From assembly GCF_000150275.1 (NCBI RefSeq), contig NW_002060952.1, forward strand, positions 1,014,482-1,078,481: DNA of 64,000 nucleotides, given 5' to 3'. Numbering within the stretch: position 1 is the first letter of the stretch; each line of letters opens with the position of its first letter. Below the pieces are notes generated by a model. That model did no database searches. It had not been told where the DNA came from and saw only the letters and a program-made list of their open reading frames with translations. This stretch comes from Trichoplax adhaerens (Eukaryota > Animalia > Placozoa). This document shows, piece after piece, positions 1 through 15,413 of this stretch. The position numbers and the translations under genes were made by a program.

Positions 1-1435
1 TCATTTTTTTAATTCCACCGTAGGGTTGTTCCTTCCCTTCCTTCCAATTTTCTGATATATTACAGAAGTTAAGCGTATTAGCCGACAGCTGTGTCTAAAC
101 TGAAACGAAGTGATTTATTGCAATATTACTATAGTAGTTTATTATAAAGTAGCAGAGGACAGCCGACATACTCGTATTTACTGAACATTGATGGACGAAT
201 TGAGCCGGTATTTTCCTTTAAATTTCCGATATCATACGAAAAATAAGCGCATAAAGTGATTACGTAGTCTAAACTGGAACGGTTCTATTTTTATTTATGG
301 ATCGGATAACTGAAACCATTATTAATTCTCGATGCAGTATAATGGCAGAGGGATCAGTGGAAATAGAAATGAATCGCTATATGCTTACCCACTTAAATAA
401 AAGCCCTTATTGGTTGCTTGAAATAAATGTAAAGATTCTATAGCCTATGTTAGACAGTTTTATTTCGTATCCTTCAATATAAATTAACTGTAGTTATATG
501 ACAATTTACATGAGATAGAATGATATCAATTTATTGCAAGAAATGAAATATTCACTAATGGCTTTTGATGTATAATCGTTCAATTAAATCGTTTAGATTA
601 ATGACCAGGTAGGATAGCCAATCTTAATTTTACAAGTACGATATATGCTATAATTTATATTAGATATTGCTAAGTATTATTAACCTTGACTGATTATTAT
701 TGTAACAACAGCAGAGCTATCCTAAAGAAGAACAAGTTATGAACTGCCCAAAAATTATAAGTATAGTCTTTAGACAAATACAGTTCAGTTCCAAATGGAA
801 ATAAAGAAAGTTAACACAGTGTCGATAATTATAATACTATATATTAATTATCTTAGTATCCGCATCAATATCGATATGTAAAAGGATTTCCTTGATAATT
901 TAGAACAGCTTGGAATACTTAGTAAGGGTCTTTAGCAGAAAAATGAAAGACATGTATGCTACCCTTTCATTTTGAAGCATTTCAATAAGAAGAAATCAGA
1001 AAAATCTTGAAATGTAAATAAAGGGGATGATACCGTAGCCAAAAAGGCGAAGTTTTTCTAATTTCAGGAAAGTATCACAAATAATCTTAAAATAATGAGG
1101 CTATCCATGATTTTATCTTACTGCAATAAGATAATTCCAGTATTAAGGCTAATATCAACCTTAGCGGCTGTAATTCAACAGGTATTACGAAATTTTACAG
1201 GATTGATCGAGAAAGACAGCTTAACTAGATTTATCTAAAACGCGGTTATTCAAAAAAATTAAAATTTTGCATTAAAAAGTCTGAGATTACTTTTATAACC
1301 ATTATGGTTACATTTTCCATTAATGATAATTCTAATTCATCACTTAAGAAAGATACCCTAAACCCAGTAGTTGGTTAGCCAAGGTTAACAAAAGAAAATA
1401 GTTGTTACGCTGTTCTTGTTTGCTGATGAAACATA

Positions 1436-4400
1436 TTAAATTCGATCTTGTAAGCTTTGCGCACTACTAGCTAACGAGGTGTGTGTGCTGGATTTGGTAG
1501 AAGTTCCTGCAGACTAAAACAGGATAATTAATATAAGATTGTTAAACGATTTGGAATTAATTAAATTTAATATAAACCTGCTTTACTTTGAATACTGGTA
1601 CTTAATTTATTTCAACTTAATATTTGCATGACTGACGATAACTGTAGCAGCTCCTGATCAATGCTGTATTTTAGCAATTGATCTCTACTGGCTTATGATG
1701 AAATTTAAAACTAAAATTTTCACCTTTAGCGATAGCCTAAATCAGCACTTTATCTACGTTATATTCAGTAATTGATCTCTACTAGCGTATGTTGATAGTT
1801 AAAACAAAATTTTGCGTGACTAGCTAGGCTGGCGATGACCTTAATCAGATCTCTATTCTACATTTTAGTTCAGTTTTACATAGAGTCAATTTAATTACAA
1901 AATCGGAATTAGTAGCTAAAATCTAGACTAGTTTCCAGTTCTGATCGGTACTACATTCAATAATTTAGCTAGGTTAACTATGATAACTTCAATATGGGAT
2001 ATATAATATATAAGTATATGACTATGTTACCTTAGCAATTTAGCTCTATTTAATTATGATTAATTTAATGCAATTTTGTGAGACAACAGAATCTAAAATT
2101 AGCTCCGGCTCTTTTTTCTATTCAGCAATGCAGCTCTACTTTAGGTATGATCATTTATTGAAAATATGAATTTTCTTGACTAGCGATATCCCAGATTATA
2201 TCTTGAATGTACATTAAAAACTATCTTTTAATATTTCAATATTACCCTATTTTGATAGCCGATGTCTTTCAAATTGGTTACAATACAATCAATTTTCTTG
2301 CCAACATTTTGTATCATCAATTCCAAAGTTTGAGTTCTTTCTTCCAATCTGTATTAATTATTTATGCAGCGCCAAATAATTATTATACATATAGTAGAAA
2401 AGATTATATATCACTCTCTTATTAATTAAAATGCTTATTACTAGTACTGGAGCATCATATATTTAAACTTTACATCTCGAAAGGCACAGTAATTGTAATC
2501 TATCGAGAACTAAATGAAACGCAATATTACAGCTAGTGATACTTACTTATTAAATTCAGCAATGCTAACGTAGCTATCTGTGTCACGAAGGCTGTCAATA
2601 TCGCTTGGAGAGCTTTTCCTTGATATTTTTTTGCTAGCTTTAGACAATGATGTTCTATTACCGTCATCAAGCTTAATCTAAGCATGAAATTAATTTTTAA
2701 TAAAACATGGGATGATAAAGATTAAATCATACATTAAATTTGTGACCTATTCCAGCTTCAATATTTAGGTAATATTACAAATCAGTCCAAATCAGACAAA
2801 TTACCCGAAATGCTTGCAAATCTGCGGCTGCCTTACTCCTTTCTTGCTCATCGTGCACTGGATCTCCGTCTAAATCGTATTTAGCAATAACTGCATCCAT
2901 TTCCATACCTACAGGATCTCTACTGGAAATTTTAAAAGGAAATCTTTCAGTAATTTCAAAACAAAGTTTTAGATCTACATTTGGCTTTGAATCAGATATT
3001 TTTATGCTTTAACCGTTTCTCCATACTATGAAAGATTATCTATATTGAGCTTCACTGCAGTAGAACAACATTCACTGCTCTAAAGGTAACAAAACTGAAA
3101 TAATTTCCTACTCCTTATCTTCCGATCGCCATTCATCGTAGTCTACTTTACTGTTATCATCTGGATGAGCCAGTTTTAGAGCTGCTGTTTGATCGACAAC
3201 TCTATCTTTCTTGAGTAGTAGCTTATGCATGAAAGATGAGTAATGCTAAACGAATTACAGAAAAACTGAGTTAATCAACTGTTAACTGGAAAATTAAGTA
3301 TACTTTCAAAGTTTAATTATAGTGAATAAAATCCATTCGCTACGGTTTACGCTCATAACATTGTATAAAATACAGTAGTTATAAAATTATTCTCGTTACC
3401 TTTTTAATATAATCTGCGATTTCGTAACGAGCATCTTTCTCCATAATTTCTGTCTTTACTTCTGTATAAGTATCGTTAATGATGGCCAGAAACATATTCT
3501 AATAGATGAAAGCAGTATGCCACCATCAGTATAAATTTAATAAAATTTAAATCGGTATATTATATGATAGAACTCTATCTGATATACATAATATATGAGT
3601 TATAGGCTAAAAAAGCAAATAGATGGGACATGTTAAATGTTATCATAGAATACACAAAAACAGCAAGAGACGATGTGCAAAATAATTAGTAAGTAATCTG
3701 ATAAATAATTTTCAGCTAACTTACCAGCAAAACGAAAAAGACAAAAAAGACATATGAGATGAAGAATATGGGGCCCAGTACACGATTAGATCGCTCAATT
3801 TCACTAAAATTAAAATCACCCAAAATGATCCTAAAAAGGGTGTATCTAGTGTAGAAAGTTGGATAGAAATTAATACTTAATTAGTATTTAATAAACAGTA
3901 TATAACACGAAATAAATTCCTCTATCGATGAACTAACACCTCTCATTATTTGTCAGTAAATAACCCTGAAATTTACATGAATTCCTTACATGCAATCATG
4001 GAATGTACTAAAATCACGAACTTGATTTCCAAAAGCTAAGTAGGCTAGCTGTGCATATGCGAAGAAGATAATGAAGAACATGATTGCAAATCCCAAGATA
4101 TCTTTGGTGCACTAAATAGAAAATATGGTGCCAAAATTAGATAACGGATAGTAATTTGAGAGAATACAGATTAATACGTGAATATTCTCAGACATCTAGG
4201 TAGATGAAAATGACGTATCGGTAAATGAAGATAGAATGCTCAACAATAGTTGAGAATGGTTGCTTACTCGACCCAAGGTAGAAGTTAATTGTGTCATAGT
4301 GCGATTGAAACTGATATATTTGAAAATCTATTTGTTATCGAATGAAAATAATTAGTGTAAATCTTCAATCTTGCTAGAAATATTATAATTGCTGTATTTT

Positions 4401-7400
4401 TATCTATTCGAAATCGGTAGAACGAATAACCATTTCATTTTTAAAATTTTTGCCTCCTAGTTTTAATGCTGTAAATTTCAACTAAAACTTTACCTTCATC
4501 CACGAGAAAAATACAACTACGGCAATAATATAGTTAAATTGAGATTGCCAATGGGCTAGAAACTCAAACTTAGCGGGATATTGATTTGGATAGCGTAGCA
4601 GTTGCTATAATGTTGGAAATAGTGAAAATATATTATTTTCTGCCAAGAAAGGGTAGAACTTAGGAGTAAGGAATAATAAAATAGATCTATTTAATTCAGC
4701 ATAGCTTCTTTCTAAACTATCTTACCTCTAGGTTATTCTGTACTGTTAACGTTCTGTATACGTTAAATGCGATGGTAGTTGCGGACAGCTATACAGGGCG
4801 GGCAAAATTTTTAATTAAGGTCAATAAAGGGCCTTAGTCAAATGCAATGTGCCTTTCGTTTTAATCACGATTTGCTTTATAGCGAATTGTCGTTAATAAA
4901 ACTAATTCATTACATGATACTTTGCGCGGCTATACTATATATATGCTATATACATTTATGGTATTAAGGGCACTGTTAATTATGCCATGGATACAATAAT
5001 TATGACGATATCCAAATAATTCCAGATATTTTTAAGATATTTCCATTTCATCACTTTTATCTATTAGGGTAGATTGAAATTGGTATGTAATTAATTTTAA
5101 ATCATAGGTAAACTTATCAAATTTAAGAATACTTTGTATTATCAAAGTATAGGCATGTGTATGTACCTCGATAATTTCTTCGATAACATAGTAAAAAATG
5201 AAAACGCAGAAGATGACCTCACAAACCATAACAAATTGATCATAAGGAGTAACATAACGCAGCAGCTTGACCGTTCTAACGTTACTACTAGCTATTAAAC
5301 CTCCAGTTGCGGGAAATTCGATCATGAGCCTGGTCAGTATTGGTCAAGATATTTTATGTTCATTATATTTATTTATTAATTTTAGAAAATGATAATATCT
5401 TAATCAATCTCAATTAAAAGCTAGGACTATCCATAAGAGATTATTTAAGCTTCACTATTTTAACAGTCAAGATTTCTGGTAATTTATTAGTAGGAAATTT
5501 GCTATGTTCATTTCTATATATTAAATGCGGTAGCTATCTAATAGTAAACTAATTTGGTCAGCAATCATGCTAAAGAAGATGGTAATAAATCAAGTTTAGG
5601 AATGTTACTTCGGTATAAGATTTTTAATATTTATAGTTAGATTGTTGATTGGTGTATTATTAAAGTTACCTGACGATACAGAATAAGTTAACATTCGTAT
5701 TGTAGACCGTAAAGTCGATGAAAACAGCTCTTGTAGCTCGATCGGTCCATAGATTGTTCTATTCCAATTTAAAAATTAAATGCATCAATACTTCAATGAT
5801 CGTATTCGATATAATGTCATTAGAGGTACTTCAGTAATTATCTAGCTAAGGAAAATTATATTCGTAATGAAGCTATTGTACCTTAAGCATATCAATAGCT
5901 TGTTTTCCCTGGTCTCGGGTCCGATTTAGAAGCTGAACGAAGCCTCCACCGCTGTAGAAATAGCCTAACTTACCCCAAGTTGTCATACCATCAAGCTGCT
6001 GTGATGATTGATAATTCCAGCTAAAAATAATTTATTGCAATTATATTGAAATAATCCATATATTGATACACCATAACTAAAATGCTTCGATGAGAAATAA
6101 ATTTAATATCGCTTGTAACAAACTTACGCAGAGCCGAGTTTTAAACCAAACGGCTCGTGATCTTCATTAGACTCTGAATATTCAGCGAAACAGTTATGGA
6201 TAGAATTGATAAAATCGTCTGGAACTCTATTCATAATTAAATAAACGAGATATACTTAATTAAGGAATGATGATAGACTTCTTGATCTTCACAAATTAAT
6301 AAAATGAAATTAATTTAGAATATATCAATCTCCTCTTATTAATTTATTCCACATTTCGAGTTTACTGACTTAAGATACTATTATACATTACTACAAAGAC
6401 AGTATTGTACATGTCGTCCTTCAAAACGCTCTCTCACTTTTACCTGCATTTTATTGATAACTATGGTACGATCAACTTCTTTCTAATATTTAATCGTTAC
6501 TTGGTTCGATAGTATGATTTTACCATAGGATACTTATGAATTAAATTTCTCGTTAGAGCTACAGTCGCTTTTATCTTATTATTATAGACGGTGAAGTTTT
6601 TAGCATTTCAAATGGATATTCTAAGGGTTGCAGAAAATGGAGCAGTTCATAGTATCCTTACCGACAGGAATCATTTCGGACTCTTAATTGACGTAACTGA
6701 GGTAATCCTAAAATTTTATTCTCATAGTAGACGAATCCTTTCTGTTGGTTGGTCAAATTTTGAGCATTGTACCAATCCTCCCAATATAATCCTCTAAGAA
6801 AGGGTCCTTCCATGAACTAAATGGTAAATTGATATTGATTACACTTTATGATTCATGCTTAATCATTTAATGACTGCGATTGTACAAATTGCTTTTAATA
6901 ATTTAATGTAAATATAAAAGTAGCGAAAATTGACTTGATAGTACTCAATTAGCATGTAATTGATTGAATATATTGCTAATACTCGTTAAGTAAATAATAC
7001 TATATATGAATATCCTACTAATTCTTAGCTAATTTTAAAGGATATTTAAATGCTAGACATTAAATTACCTGCCAAAATTCGTTCATATTGGAAATATCGT
7101 TAAACTTTAAGATGGTATCTGACGCAAGTGGTTGATCGGTAAATAGTTCTATAACATGCCATTATCATTATCACTTTAGTTGAGGTGTTATTAATTTAAA
7201 AAAATTTTTTTAGCTACATCGTTAGCAAATTAGTAAATTTTTATAATAATGCCGGGTAGGAAATCTATCTTGAAGTAACTACTTATGTGCTTCTATGGCA
7301 CAGACAAATTATAACTTGTGGTACTTGCAGTTTTGACATCCATACGAAAAGTCATATTGTGACTTACTAAATTATTAATCATCTGCACTTTAAAAATAGA

Positions 7401-10400
7401 CGAAGTACCATAGCATGTAAATTAAATAATTGACAAAGCTTGATTTTTTACCTCTCATTACTTGAGTGAAGATAAACATAGTTGGGCTGATCATGGAAAA
7501 TGTGACTGTAATGGGAAATTATATGAGCAACTTAGCATTATATATTATCGTACGTTATGATTAGCAATTTGCTATTATATGATACAACTTATTTCTACTT
7601 CGCACAGAAATTTCTTGGCGTGATAGCAACAATTATTAAAAAGAATTTAATGCTATGTATCATATACAGTAAAGATGTGATTATATGCGAAGATTGGCAT
7701 AGTATTCTGCAACGTTATTCCATTAATTAAGCCGCTACAGTCAAATCTACCACCGAACCTATTTGGCCATGGTAATATTATTTACGATATTATCATGCAT
7801 ATTAGTTTTACGCCATGCATAATCTACAGCTTACTTATATTAACTTATTAGACTTGTATAGTCGATATGATAACAAGACCGTGGAATCGTGATAATTTAA
7901 AATAAAGATTAAATTGACACGAATTCATGCGACACGTTAAGATGCACTGCATGAATCCGGAAATTCTATTTCCTGAAACAATTTCAATATAGCTGAATCT
8001 GTATAACTATTGCCAATTTGTACTGTTCTAGAAAGTATAGTTGAATATAGATTTTTATTTTTATACGGAGTAAGGAGTATCAAATCATTAAATATTGAAT
8101 ATTATTAATTATCAACATATTTTACCTATACATAAGATGATCAGGAATAAAATAAAGACAATCAGTTCTCGGATAGTAGTTTTAATAAAAACATCTTGAT
8201 CTTTCTGTGCTGATACGGTTTGCCTTGTTCTACATGAAGCTATGATATTCACAGAAGAAATGAAAATATTGATTAGAAATATAGAAGTAGACATAACGCA
8301 ACAACTGATAAACTAATGATGCGATATATAAATCTATAAGCATCATCGTTAATACTGCTCAAATTAGCAATGTCAAATGATCAAAGCATGTCATAACGGC
8401 ATTACTAGATCGAATAGCTTAGAAAATGAATAAAGACAGAAAATAGAAAACAATTAGCGATTTGTTATCAGTAGTAAACAAGGACATATTAATTATTGAC
8501 TAAGCAAGGTAGCTCGTTTATTGTATAACTGAAAGGATAGCTCGTTGAATACTATATAAATTGTATTAAAGCGCAACTACATTATCTAATACCAATTGTA
8601 CATGCATATAAATAACAAAAGATAATTTTTTTATTTATTATTGTCACGAATAGCGAAAATATTGTTTCATAATTTATGAGCTCTAAGGCTATAAATTATA
8701 TACGACAAGCAGATGTTTAATTTAAAGGTGATTTATTCGCTGATAGATGCCTAGAAGATGCTCCATATTTGTGATGTTGCCAATGCCTTTTTTAAAATTA
8801 ATAATCTAGGCGAAAGAATGAAATTTTAATAGAATTTTTGTGTTGTATTGTTATGTATAAGTATATCTACGAAGAAATTTAGTTTCAAATAAAATAATAA
8901 AGGTAGACTATTAGCATTGCAGGATTGATATTATGGCCTAAGCTTACTAAAAATATTAACAAAATGAAATATTATGAATAAAATAGCTCATCATTCACTT
9001 TGGATCAACTCTAAAATCGCTGCAATTCCATTCCCAAATACTTAACTAGTAATAAACGATTAGGATCTGTAAAGATCTATATTATATTTCCGCTAGCAGT
9101 CACAAAGCTAGGCCATTTTTATGTACAGCAAGACATACAATCTATTGGTAGCCACTTAACACTAGAATATCGAAATTCCATACCGATATTTGTGATAAAT
9201 ATATCGTAGGTTAAATAAAATGAGAAAACATCGGCTACGCTATTCTCTCAGTGCGAATGATACAGCTATTAAAAGTTAGGAAACCTTGTTAAGAAATAGG
9301 ACAAGTACATGCTAATGGGGCTCAAATAGGATTACTTGGCTATTACATTATTACAGGACAAAAAGCTGCAAAAAGATTACATATTCATTGTAAGCCTTAA
9401 GTAGGATTATCCAGTTCGGTGATCAGATATCTCATCGATGTTAAAAGGGACTCACAATAAGAACATATTAAATGCAAGATTAAAACTTTTGGACAAGATT
9501 ATTTGGCTATTACGAAAAATTTGAAAACAAATTAAACCTCGTAGAAACTAATATTTAACATTGCGATACGTTTAGTTTTAAATTTAAAGGCAGTAAGCAA
9601 ACATTATTAGTCCAAAATTCGCTACAAAAGTTTCCATATTATATTTTAATGTACATATGTGCGGAAGTTTTAGCGGTCCTCACACTATAGTGATCCACTA
9701 ACCGTTAAACTCTTGCAATTCATACGAAAGAAAGAAGTGTTGATTATTTTAAGAACTAAATTACATATTGCATCGTTACTACGGCGGTAAAGTATGTGAG
9801 AAGCTAAACGGATTATAAGCCCCAATATATAACATATGATTCGGAGTGGACATGCAATAGCTGATAGTCAAATTTCCAGTAACTTATAATATACTGTATT
9901 TATGCTTACACTAATTTAGAAAACTAAGATTCATTAAAATTGAGATTTCACATTTGATAATTGCTTTAACGAAATGCGTCTCTTATCAAAGTTTAAATCT
10001 ATAAATAGGTTCCAAATTATGTTTCATCAAAACTTGATATCATAACATTCTTGAGGTAGTAAAATCAAGTATAACTGATGAAGTTGATTAGATATCATTT
10101 TCGTGATATCAAGAAGCATATATTCAGAGCTATATATAGATCATAGCGGAAATAAATCATACAATTAGTTGATCGACTTCAATAATATTGTATTCGTGAA
10201 TCATTGGTTTCCGTCTACTTATATCGTCAAAATCAGTTTTCATATAGGATATAAAACTAATCGATTTCAGTACCAAAGTTATCATAGCAATACTACCATC
10301 GAACAAATCTATAAAATGGCTCACAATTTACTTAAAAAATAAATTGCAATAGTATGATTTTGTACGATTTTAAGTTTATAGACGTAATTGGTTCAGTTTG

Positions 10401-12290
10401 ATTGTTATGGAGTTTAGATTAACATTCGTTAGCCTATAAATGACTGCCGAATTCACTTCAAATAGCGCGTTATTATTATTTCTAGACAAGGTTACCAAGA
10501 TATTTCCGTTACGAAATTTAAAACCAAAATGGATCCAGATTAAATTATGGTAATTACACCTATACGACTATCTATTATGTCTCTTGATAGAATATCTTAT
10601 TGAAGGCTTAGCAGCTACAATAATTAATTATTTAAGTATTTATTACCATTTAAATAATGTAGTCAAACTAATTAAGGAAAAAAATTAAAGTTTAGACGAA
10701 ATTCCTTTTTCTGGTTTAAATGCGGTATAAGAAATAGTTGCAGTATCATCTTTAGTCTGCTTGATAATTCAGTAGCTTGTTATTACGTAAACGATTTCGA
10801 AGTAGTTCGAACTTAGAAGCTATTTTGCAAAATATTTATCAATCATGTCTTTAAGGAGAAAATTAGTCAAGAATTTAGTATATTGCTGCAGATAGGTTTA
10901 ATGAGCAATGCTCAATATGAAGCCACCATCACCTTAAATGATGAGATAATCGTTTCAATTATTATTAAAATTGCTGAACGTGAAAGTAGATCATCTAACT
11001 GAGAAAAAATAGTCAAATATTTGCTAAAGTTTCTAAATGATAAATTTTATGAGATTTCATTAAGTCGGTTGAGAAAGTTCTTTATAAAAACGTGGCAAAA
11101 AGAACGATGGAGGCCAAAAGTAAGGGAAAAGTATAATCCTTAAAGACTGTAGATTTTAGTAAAAAAGAAAGTTATTTATATTGTAAGATCGCGAATATTG
11201 ATTTTACATGTCGGAATTCATCTATTTAAAATAGAGAAAGAAGTTTTTACTCTTAATTTAGCAAAGAAATTTTTCTAATTCTAAAATAATACCAGGATGA
11301 GCCTTGCTTAACTTATTTGTACTTATACAAAACTATGGATTATAATATACTCGCGTAATATAGCTTCAATAACATTTCTCCTTCAGAATTTGATCTCATT
11401 TCATGAAAGGTAAGGATTATGCTTTCAGTATGATATATATAAAAATAAAGACCGCAAGAAGTTTGTCCGTCAATTTTGCTCTAACTAATTTGAACTTCAG
11501 ATTTATTGATAGTCCGCGACCCCCATTTTCTCTTCGTCGTATGCTTCACTCGAAAAGTAAATTTGGGGACTATAGGATGAACATGATATTCCAGTGGTTT
11601 TCAAACAATATTTTATTCATGAAATTAAACCTCGTTCAAAAAGTTTTTCTTTCATCTCTTGCTAGCAGAAAGCTGAAATAGCAGTAGAGATTTTGAGCAC
11701 GATCATCCTCAATACTGATCTTAATATATTGAGCTGATATCGTGATATAATTCGCTTGTTCATTTTTCTATTCAACTCATTACATTTAATTTAATTTAAG
11801 ATAGAAGATGTGCATTATAATTAAAATTTAGGGTCGGTAAAATATGCGTATATATTGCAGTATGAAAGATTACAATCGATCAATTTCTTGAAGAGAAGTT
11901 GAATTTTAAATCAAAGAAAAAATTTCAAGAATAATTTCACCTTCCAGCTACGCTTCTATCATGTAGACACAGAAATTAATTGTTAATTATCCTACCTGAC
12001 AAAAATCGTTTAATAGATGGCCACAAACCAGAATCAGGTGTAGTGCCTGCTACTCGCTTTCCACCTTCTCGAGCTTCTATCGATGTTATTTGATCATTAT
12101 CGTCAAAATTGTCAACCTTAGTTTTCAATTCAGTATGTCCTTGTGCTGTATCTAATCGACCAGACGATGATGATGATAATCGATGTCCATTATCATCGTC
12201 TTCCCAAGCCTTTCGAGAACTAGCACTCAAAATAGAGTTTGATCGTCGTTGGTGAGCAGGAAGTAACTCAGAGCTACTATGAGTGGACAT
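1436..12290 (-). CDS. PKD2: Polycystin-2 / TRPP cation channel (PKD2/PKD2L family), 21 coding exons
   Basis: Hand-spliced GT-AG exons in consistent phase: 12290-11996, 8239-8126, 7505-7452, 7148-7069, 6816-6662, 6226-6128, 6020-5882, 5758-5670, 5329-5167, 5060-4995, 4788-4726, 4604-4494, 4327-4268, 4111-3990, 3845-3725, 3498-3400, 3245-3112, 2922-2805, 2677-2547, 2348-2246, 1513-1436 (TAA). Motifs: TOP domain ([53 protein letters not shown]), S4-S5 ([15 protein letters not shown]), pore ([13 protein letters not shown]), S6 ([13 protein letters not shown]), EF hand ([14 protein letters not shown]) and C-terminal coiled coil. The last exon is least certain; read-through to a TAA near 2228 is an alternative. 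Confidence 0.95.
1600..2215. repeat. Degenerate ~90-105 bp tandem repeat in the last PKD2 intron
   Basis: Recurrent core (T/C)AG(C/T)AATT..CTCTACT...TATGAT...AAAATTTT...GACTAGC at ~1672, ~1765, ~2033 and ~2123. Confidence 0.65.
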
Positions 12291-15200
12291 AATTGATACC
12301 GAATAACAGCTTTCAGAGAGATTAAAACTGCCGTGAAAATATTAATTGAAGGAAAAGATTGCAATCAGAACAACAAAATGAAGTAAAAGTATTCGTATGT
12401 TATACTATTTCAGAAAAAAAGCATTACCTTAAGATTAAGGTAGTGTGATATACTTCTTTATATCTTTGGACTAGATTTAATGAAAAAATGAATTGAATAT
12501 TTAAAGATTAGAATAGCACAGATGTGAATAACTTATATTTAATTCTACAAATCTTAATATCCGTAATCGTATAACCTTGAATTTGTAGAAAGTAAAAATC
12601 TACAATTTCGAAATTTTCTTATTTAATAGTGAGTAGATCTTAACTGTTTAGGCTGCAATTTTATCCTGCCCTATTACTGGAAATAGAATCTATTATGAAG
12701 AATATTGAGTTTAGGCTTTGGATATCTATAGGAATATACTCAATATTTAATCGATTTATTAATTTAATATGAAATCTTATTTGTGATATATTGCTTATTA
12801 CCGTCATCAACATTATTTCCAGCGATGATTATATCAAGACTTACAATTAATACACATAGCCCATATAATTCATTATGCTGATTATTTTTAGAAAAATATC
12901 GTAAATAAGTTTACATTTGTTAGTGTACTTGTTAAGGTTAATTTATTAATTATTTAATTGAGAATTAACCAGCATAATACATTCCAGCTATCGGTAAGTA
13001 AACCAATAAAATAAAACACCATTGATCAAATAGAAAATAGTTATTTCAATTCATAAGACTTCCTAAAGGAATAGTAATTCAATTTGTTACATTGTCATCG
13101 AATATCGCTCACAGGCTCTTGTAATTTATCGGTCAAATAGAATAGTTTTTATTGTAATAAGAATAAGAGAATTCTAAAAGTATTAATAATTAAGTATGAT
13201 ATGCTCAGATAAAACTTTGTTTCTTTAGAGGCTGATGATCCTTTTAGGCTGTGCTTCGAAACTGTGTTTATTTGCTGCATTTAAGCAAGATTTACTTAGA
13301 TTCATAATGATACTGGTAGTGATAATTGCGATTACAGTAAACTTGATCAGTTTCATGATGGAGCAGCTAAGATTTTAAAATAATACCTTAGATTATCCGT
13401 TCTGTAGCAGCTGAAATATCTATCCATGATACAACAGCCTGTGTGATTTTAAAGTATCGAAATTGAACTTTGCCTAGTGTATACAATTAATGTAAGGTAA
13501 TCTACGAATACATTTTTGTTAGTCTAGACAATGCTTATCTATTGGCCTAATTATTTTTATTTAGAATACCATAATTCTCGAATTTTCTAACTTATCCTAA
13601 ATTATTAATGGATAATATTTGGTTATATGGATGCAAGTCTATATGATACAGTGAAACTAATTTGATCTAATACATTTTAATTTAATAAGATTATTATCCG
13701 GTATACGACTTGTTTTGATTTTCAATTAGTAGTTTACTACATCAGCAGCATAATATTAACGAGATACGATTAATGGATACATTTTCATGACTATCTTCCA
13801 ATCCAGTCAATGAAATAAACTTTGACTTGCTAGCAAGGAGTAAATCCAATATTTCGAGTTCTATGCAGGTTGGAATGGCACGTCTATACAGTATTCGTGT
13901 TGCAAATTAAATTCGCCTAGTAATTTTTGCATTATAAAGTTACGAAAATAACTAGGCCGAAGCCGCATTTAGATAGGACTGATAGTAGGCAAGATTTCCT
14001 CAGTTTTAATTCTGTTTCATAGTATTAGTACAATTTATCCAAACTATCATAGATATTGATCGGCTTTAGGGATATAGGTCTATTTTCATGCAGTAAAATT
14101 ATTTCGGCACAATGGGTGATAATCTAACCTAACCTAACTATAATACAGATTTGAAAGTTCATTTAGCTACTTTGACGGCGAGCAAATTTTCGGCTACTGC
14201 TGTAGTTTAACAACGCCACCGTACATTGATAACCTTATAGCAAATGACATGTAATATTGGCGTATAGTATTGTAATTGAAATAATTATTCAAATTGCGGC
14301 ATGCAATTGCAATCACATCGCCAAGAGAAGATCTCAGCAGCTTTACATTGAATTATTTAAAGCCTCCAATGCTACTGGGTAAAATAGCCTTATCAAACCA
14401 TTACCTCATCATGTCCTAATGCTATTGCGGATGATTATACTATGGTTTATCTTTTCTGTTGGACAAATTTTACATCAGTTCGCGTGATAATTTACTTGAA
14501 ATAATCTTTATCAGTGTCAATTTGACTATTATTTCGGAGTTCTTTCCATCAGCATTGCCATCATAACATTACTAACATTGTCTTGGAACAGTAATCCATT
14601 ATTAATCATCACGTTAAGCTACTTTTTTGACACCATAACAGTAACTAGATGGAAGTAGTGCTCCAGATTTTAAAAAAGGAAGAGAACTGCGTATTTACAG
14701 TTCGGGGTACACAAATACCCTCAGTGAAACTAACAAACGAAATTGATTATGGAGCCTCTTCAAATGCGACATGCAAATTGCATAACAAACCATAAATTTT
14801 AATACCTTTCTTTACTACTTGATACGTTTATTCATACAACTATGCTAAGAAACATCGATGACTGGCCAAGTCTACCAGATTACATCAGATACTATTTATA
14901 AGGTGCTAGATATAATCGTGCATCGTTAAAGTACGATAGTCCTATTGTGAGACCAGTGATTTAACAAATGACAAGAAAATGCCTTACTAATAATAACCAG
15001 TTTGTACGAAATTTTGTAAATATGAAATTTAAATAGTTAATAGTTACAACGAAATCATAAAACATTGTCCCAATTACCATCGAATGCATGCTATCCAGCA
15101 TGATTTAATATAACACTTTCAATGTCAGCAACATAGTGATGAGTACCGTAGTTTTACTATCATTATACTGTATGGCAACATTGGTACATAGTCAAACGTG

Positions 15201-15413
15201 TGATATTATCCAGCTCGGTGGTAGTTTCTTGCCTTAGTCGTAACATGTGGCATAGATCAAAAAGATTCAACGATAAATAATGGATGGATGGCTAGTTTAA
15301 CATTTTCATCCTTGCACTGAGTTACAATATATTGTGACTTTACTACCATACGGGTATACTATAGCATTCGAATACTACGATTTATCAAGGCTATTCCTGT
15401 AGATGAAAAGAAA

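Noticed and set aside
2-94. Open minus-strand stretch (…SENWKEGKEQPYGGIKKM) running off the window start
   Set aside because: It could be an exon of a neighbouring gene but has no recognisable homology or partner exons here.
12040-12062. RVxP ciliary targeting motif in the PKD2 N-terminus
   Set aside because: The sequence is KRVAGTTP, which does not match RVxP.
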